Positions 45,192 through 45,505 of a stretch of 45,505 nt of DNA are shown here, in pieces (position 1 is the stretch's first letter; the number at the start of each line of letters is the position of its first letter). A program made the position numbers and the translations under genes. Source of the DNA: a virus (taxonomy: Duplodnaviria; Caudoviricetes); IMG/VR virus record IMGVR_UViG_3300046779_000327, positions 1-45,505 of that record, one strand, 5' to 3'. Under the pieces are notes generated by a model that worked only from the letters and a program-made list of their open reading frames with translations, was not told the DNA's origin and made no database searches.

Positions 45192-45505
45192 CCTATCAGT
45201 TTATTGAAAACAAGAACTTCACTTATTGCGACCCGCTTGGGTATTTACGCAATGAGAAGTTTGTCGTTTATCACATGGTAGACCCGACTGATAATCAGAT
45301 TCGGTACATTGGTCAAACAATTAGCGGAATGAAGCGTATTGTTAATCACTTTACACCCTATGCTTTAAAACAAAAAAACCACAAAAATAGCTGGCTTAAA
45401 TCGCTAAAAATGAAGGGCATTAAGCCGATGGTGTTTGTTGCCCACAAAGCTGATTCTTTTGAGCAATTAAATCAGTTAGAAAAGGCACAGATTGATTTAT
45501 TTAGA
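45188..45505 (+). mobile_element. GIY-YIG homing endonuclease (5' part, truncated by the window end)
   Basis: Paralog of 9925..10518. Confidence 0.85.

Larger units (their letters stand above)
35038..45505 (+). repeat. Copy B of the divergent duplicated tail/ejection module
   Basis: Colinear with 1-10242. Confidence 0.97.

Noticed and set aside
35038-45505. Genuine long terminal repeat
   Set aside because: The copies are divergent and carry non-homologous genes. True terminal redundancy would be identical, and the 127-nt exact end points to an assembly junction.
1-45505. Integrase/att site, tRNA genes, host flanks, stop-codon recoding
   Set aside because: None recognised. Genes are full length in the standard code and all three stop codons are used as stops.

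Overview
The window is a P22/Sf6-like podophage (Caudoviricetes) with a unit length of about 35.3 kb. Gene style suggests a freshwater betaproteobacterial host, which is an inference only. The window holds more than one genome length: 1-10242 and ~35038-45505 are two divergent versions of the same tail/DNA-ejection module. The last 127 nt (45379-45505) are an exact copy of 10116-10242, which fits a k=127 de Bruijn junction. The simplest reading is a 35,263-bp circular genome (10116-45378) plus about 10 kb of a related strain's allele. Gene order is terS, terL, portal, head fibre, glycosyltransferase, scaffold, MCP, decoration, adaptor, hub, GNAT, ejection proteins, modular fibre cassettes interleaved with GIY-YIG endonucleases, lysis, then a leftward recombination/early operon, a Cro-type switch and a rightward replication/nin-like operon. 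I found no integrase, CI-type repressor, DNA polymerase, helicase, tRNA, CRISPR array or reverse transcriptase. The most notable observations are: (1) the gp7-like pilot protein ends either in a Cys-type S74 autocleaving domain or in a stop at the equivalent residue followed by a coupled Fe-S PP-loop (PAPS-reductase-like) gene; (2) a C4-like antisense RNA with its target sites; (3) pseudoknotted and loop-E RNA candidates; (4) repeated fibre-chaperone-endonuclease cassettes; (5) a head-module glycosyltransferase whose conserved N-terminus lacks a canonical start; (6) a duplicated promoter cassette and a TTAAG-N4-CTTAA operator set. All calls come from reading motifs by eye; no database searches were run.
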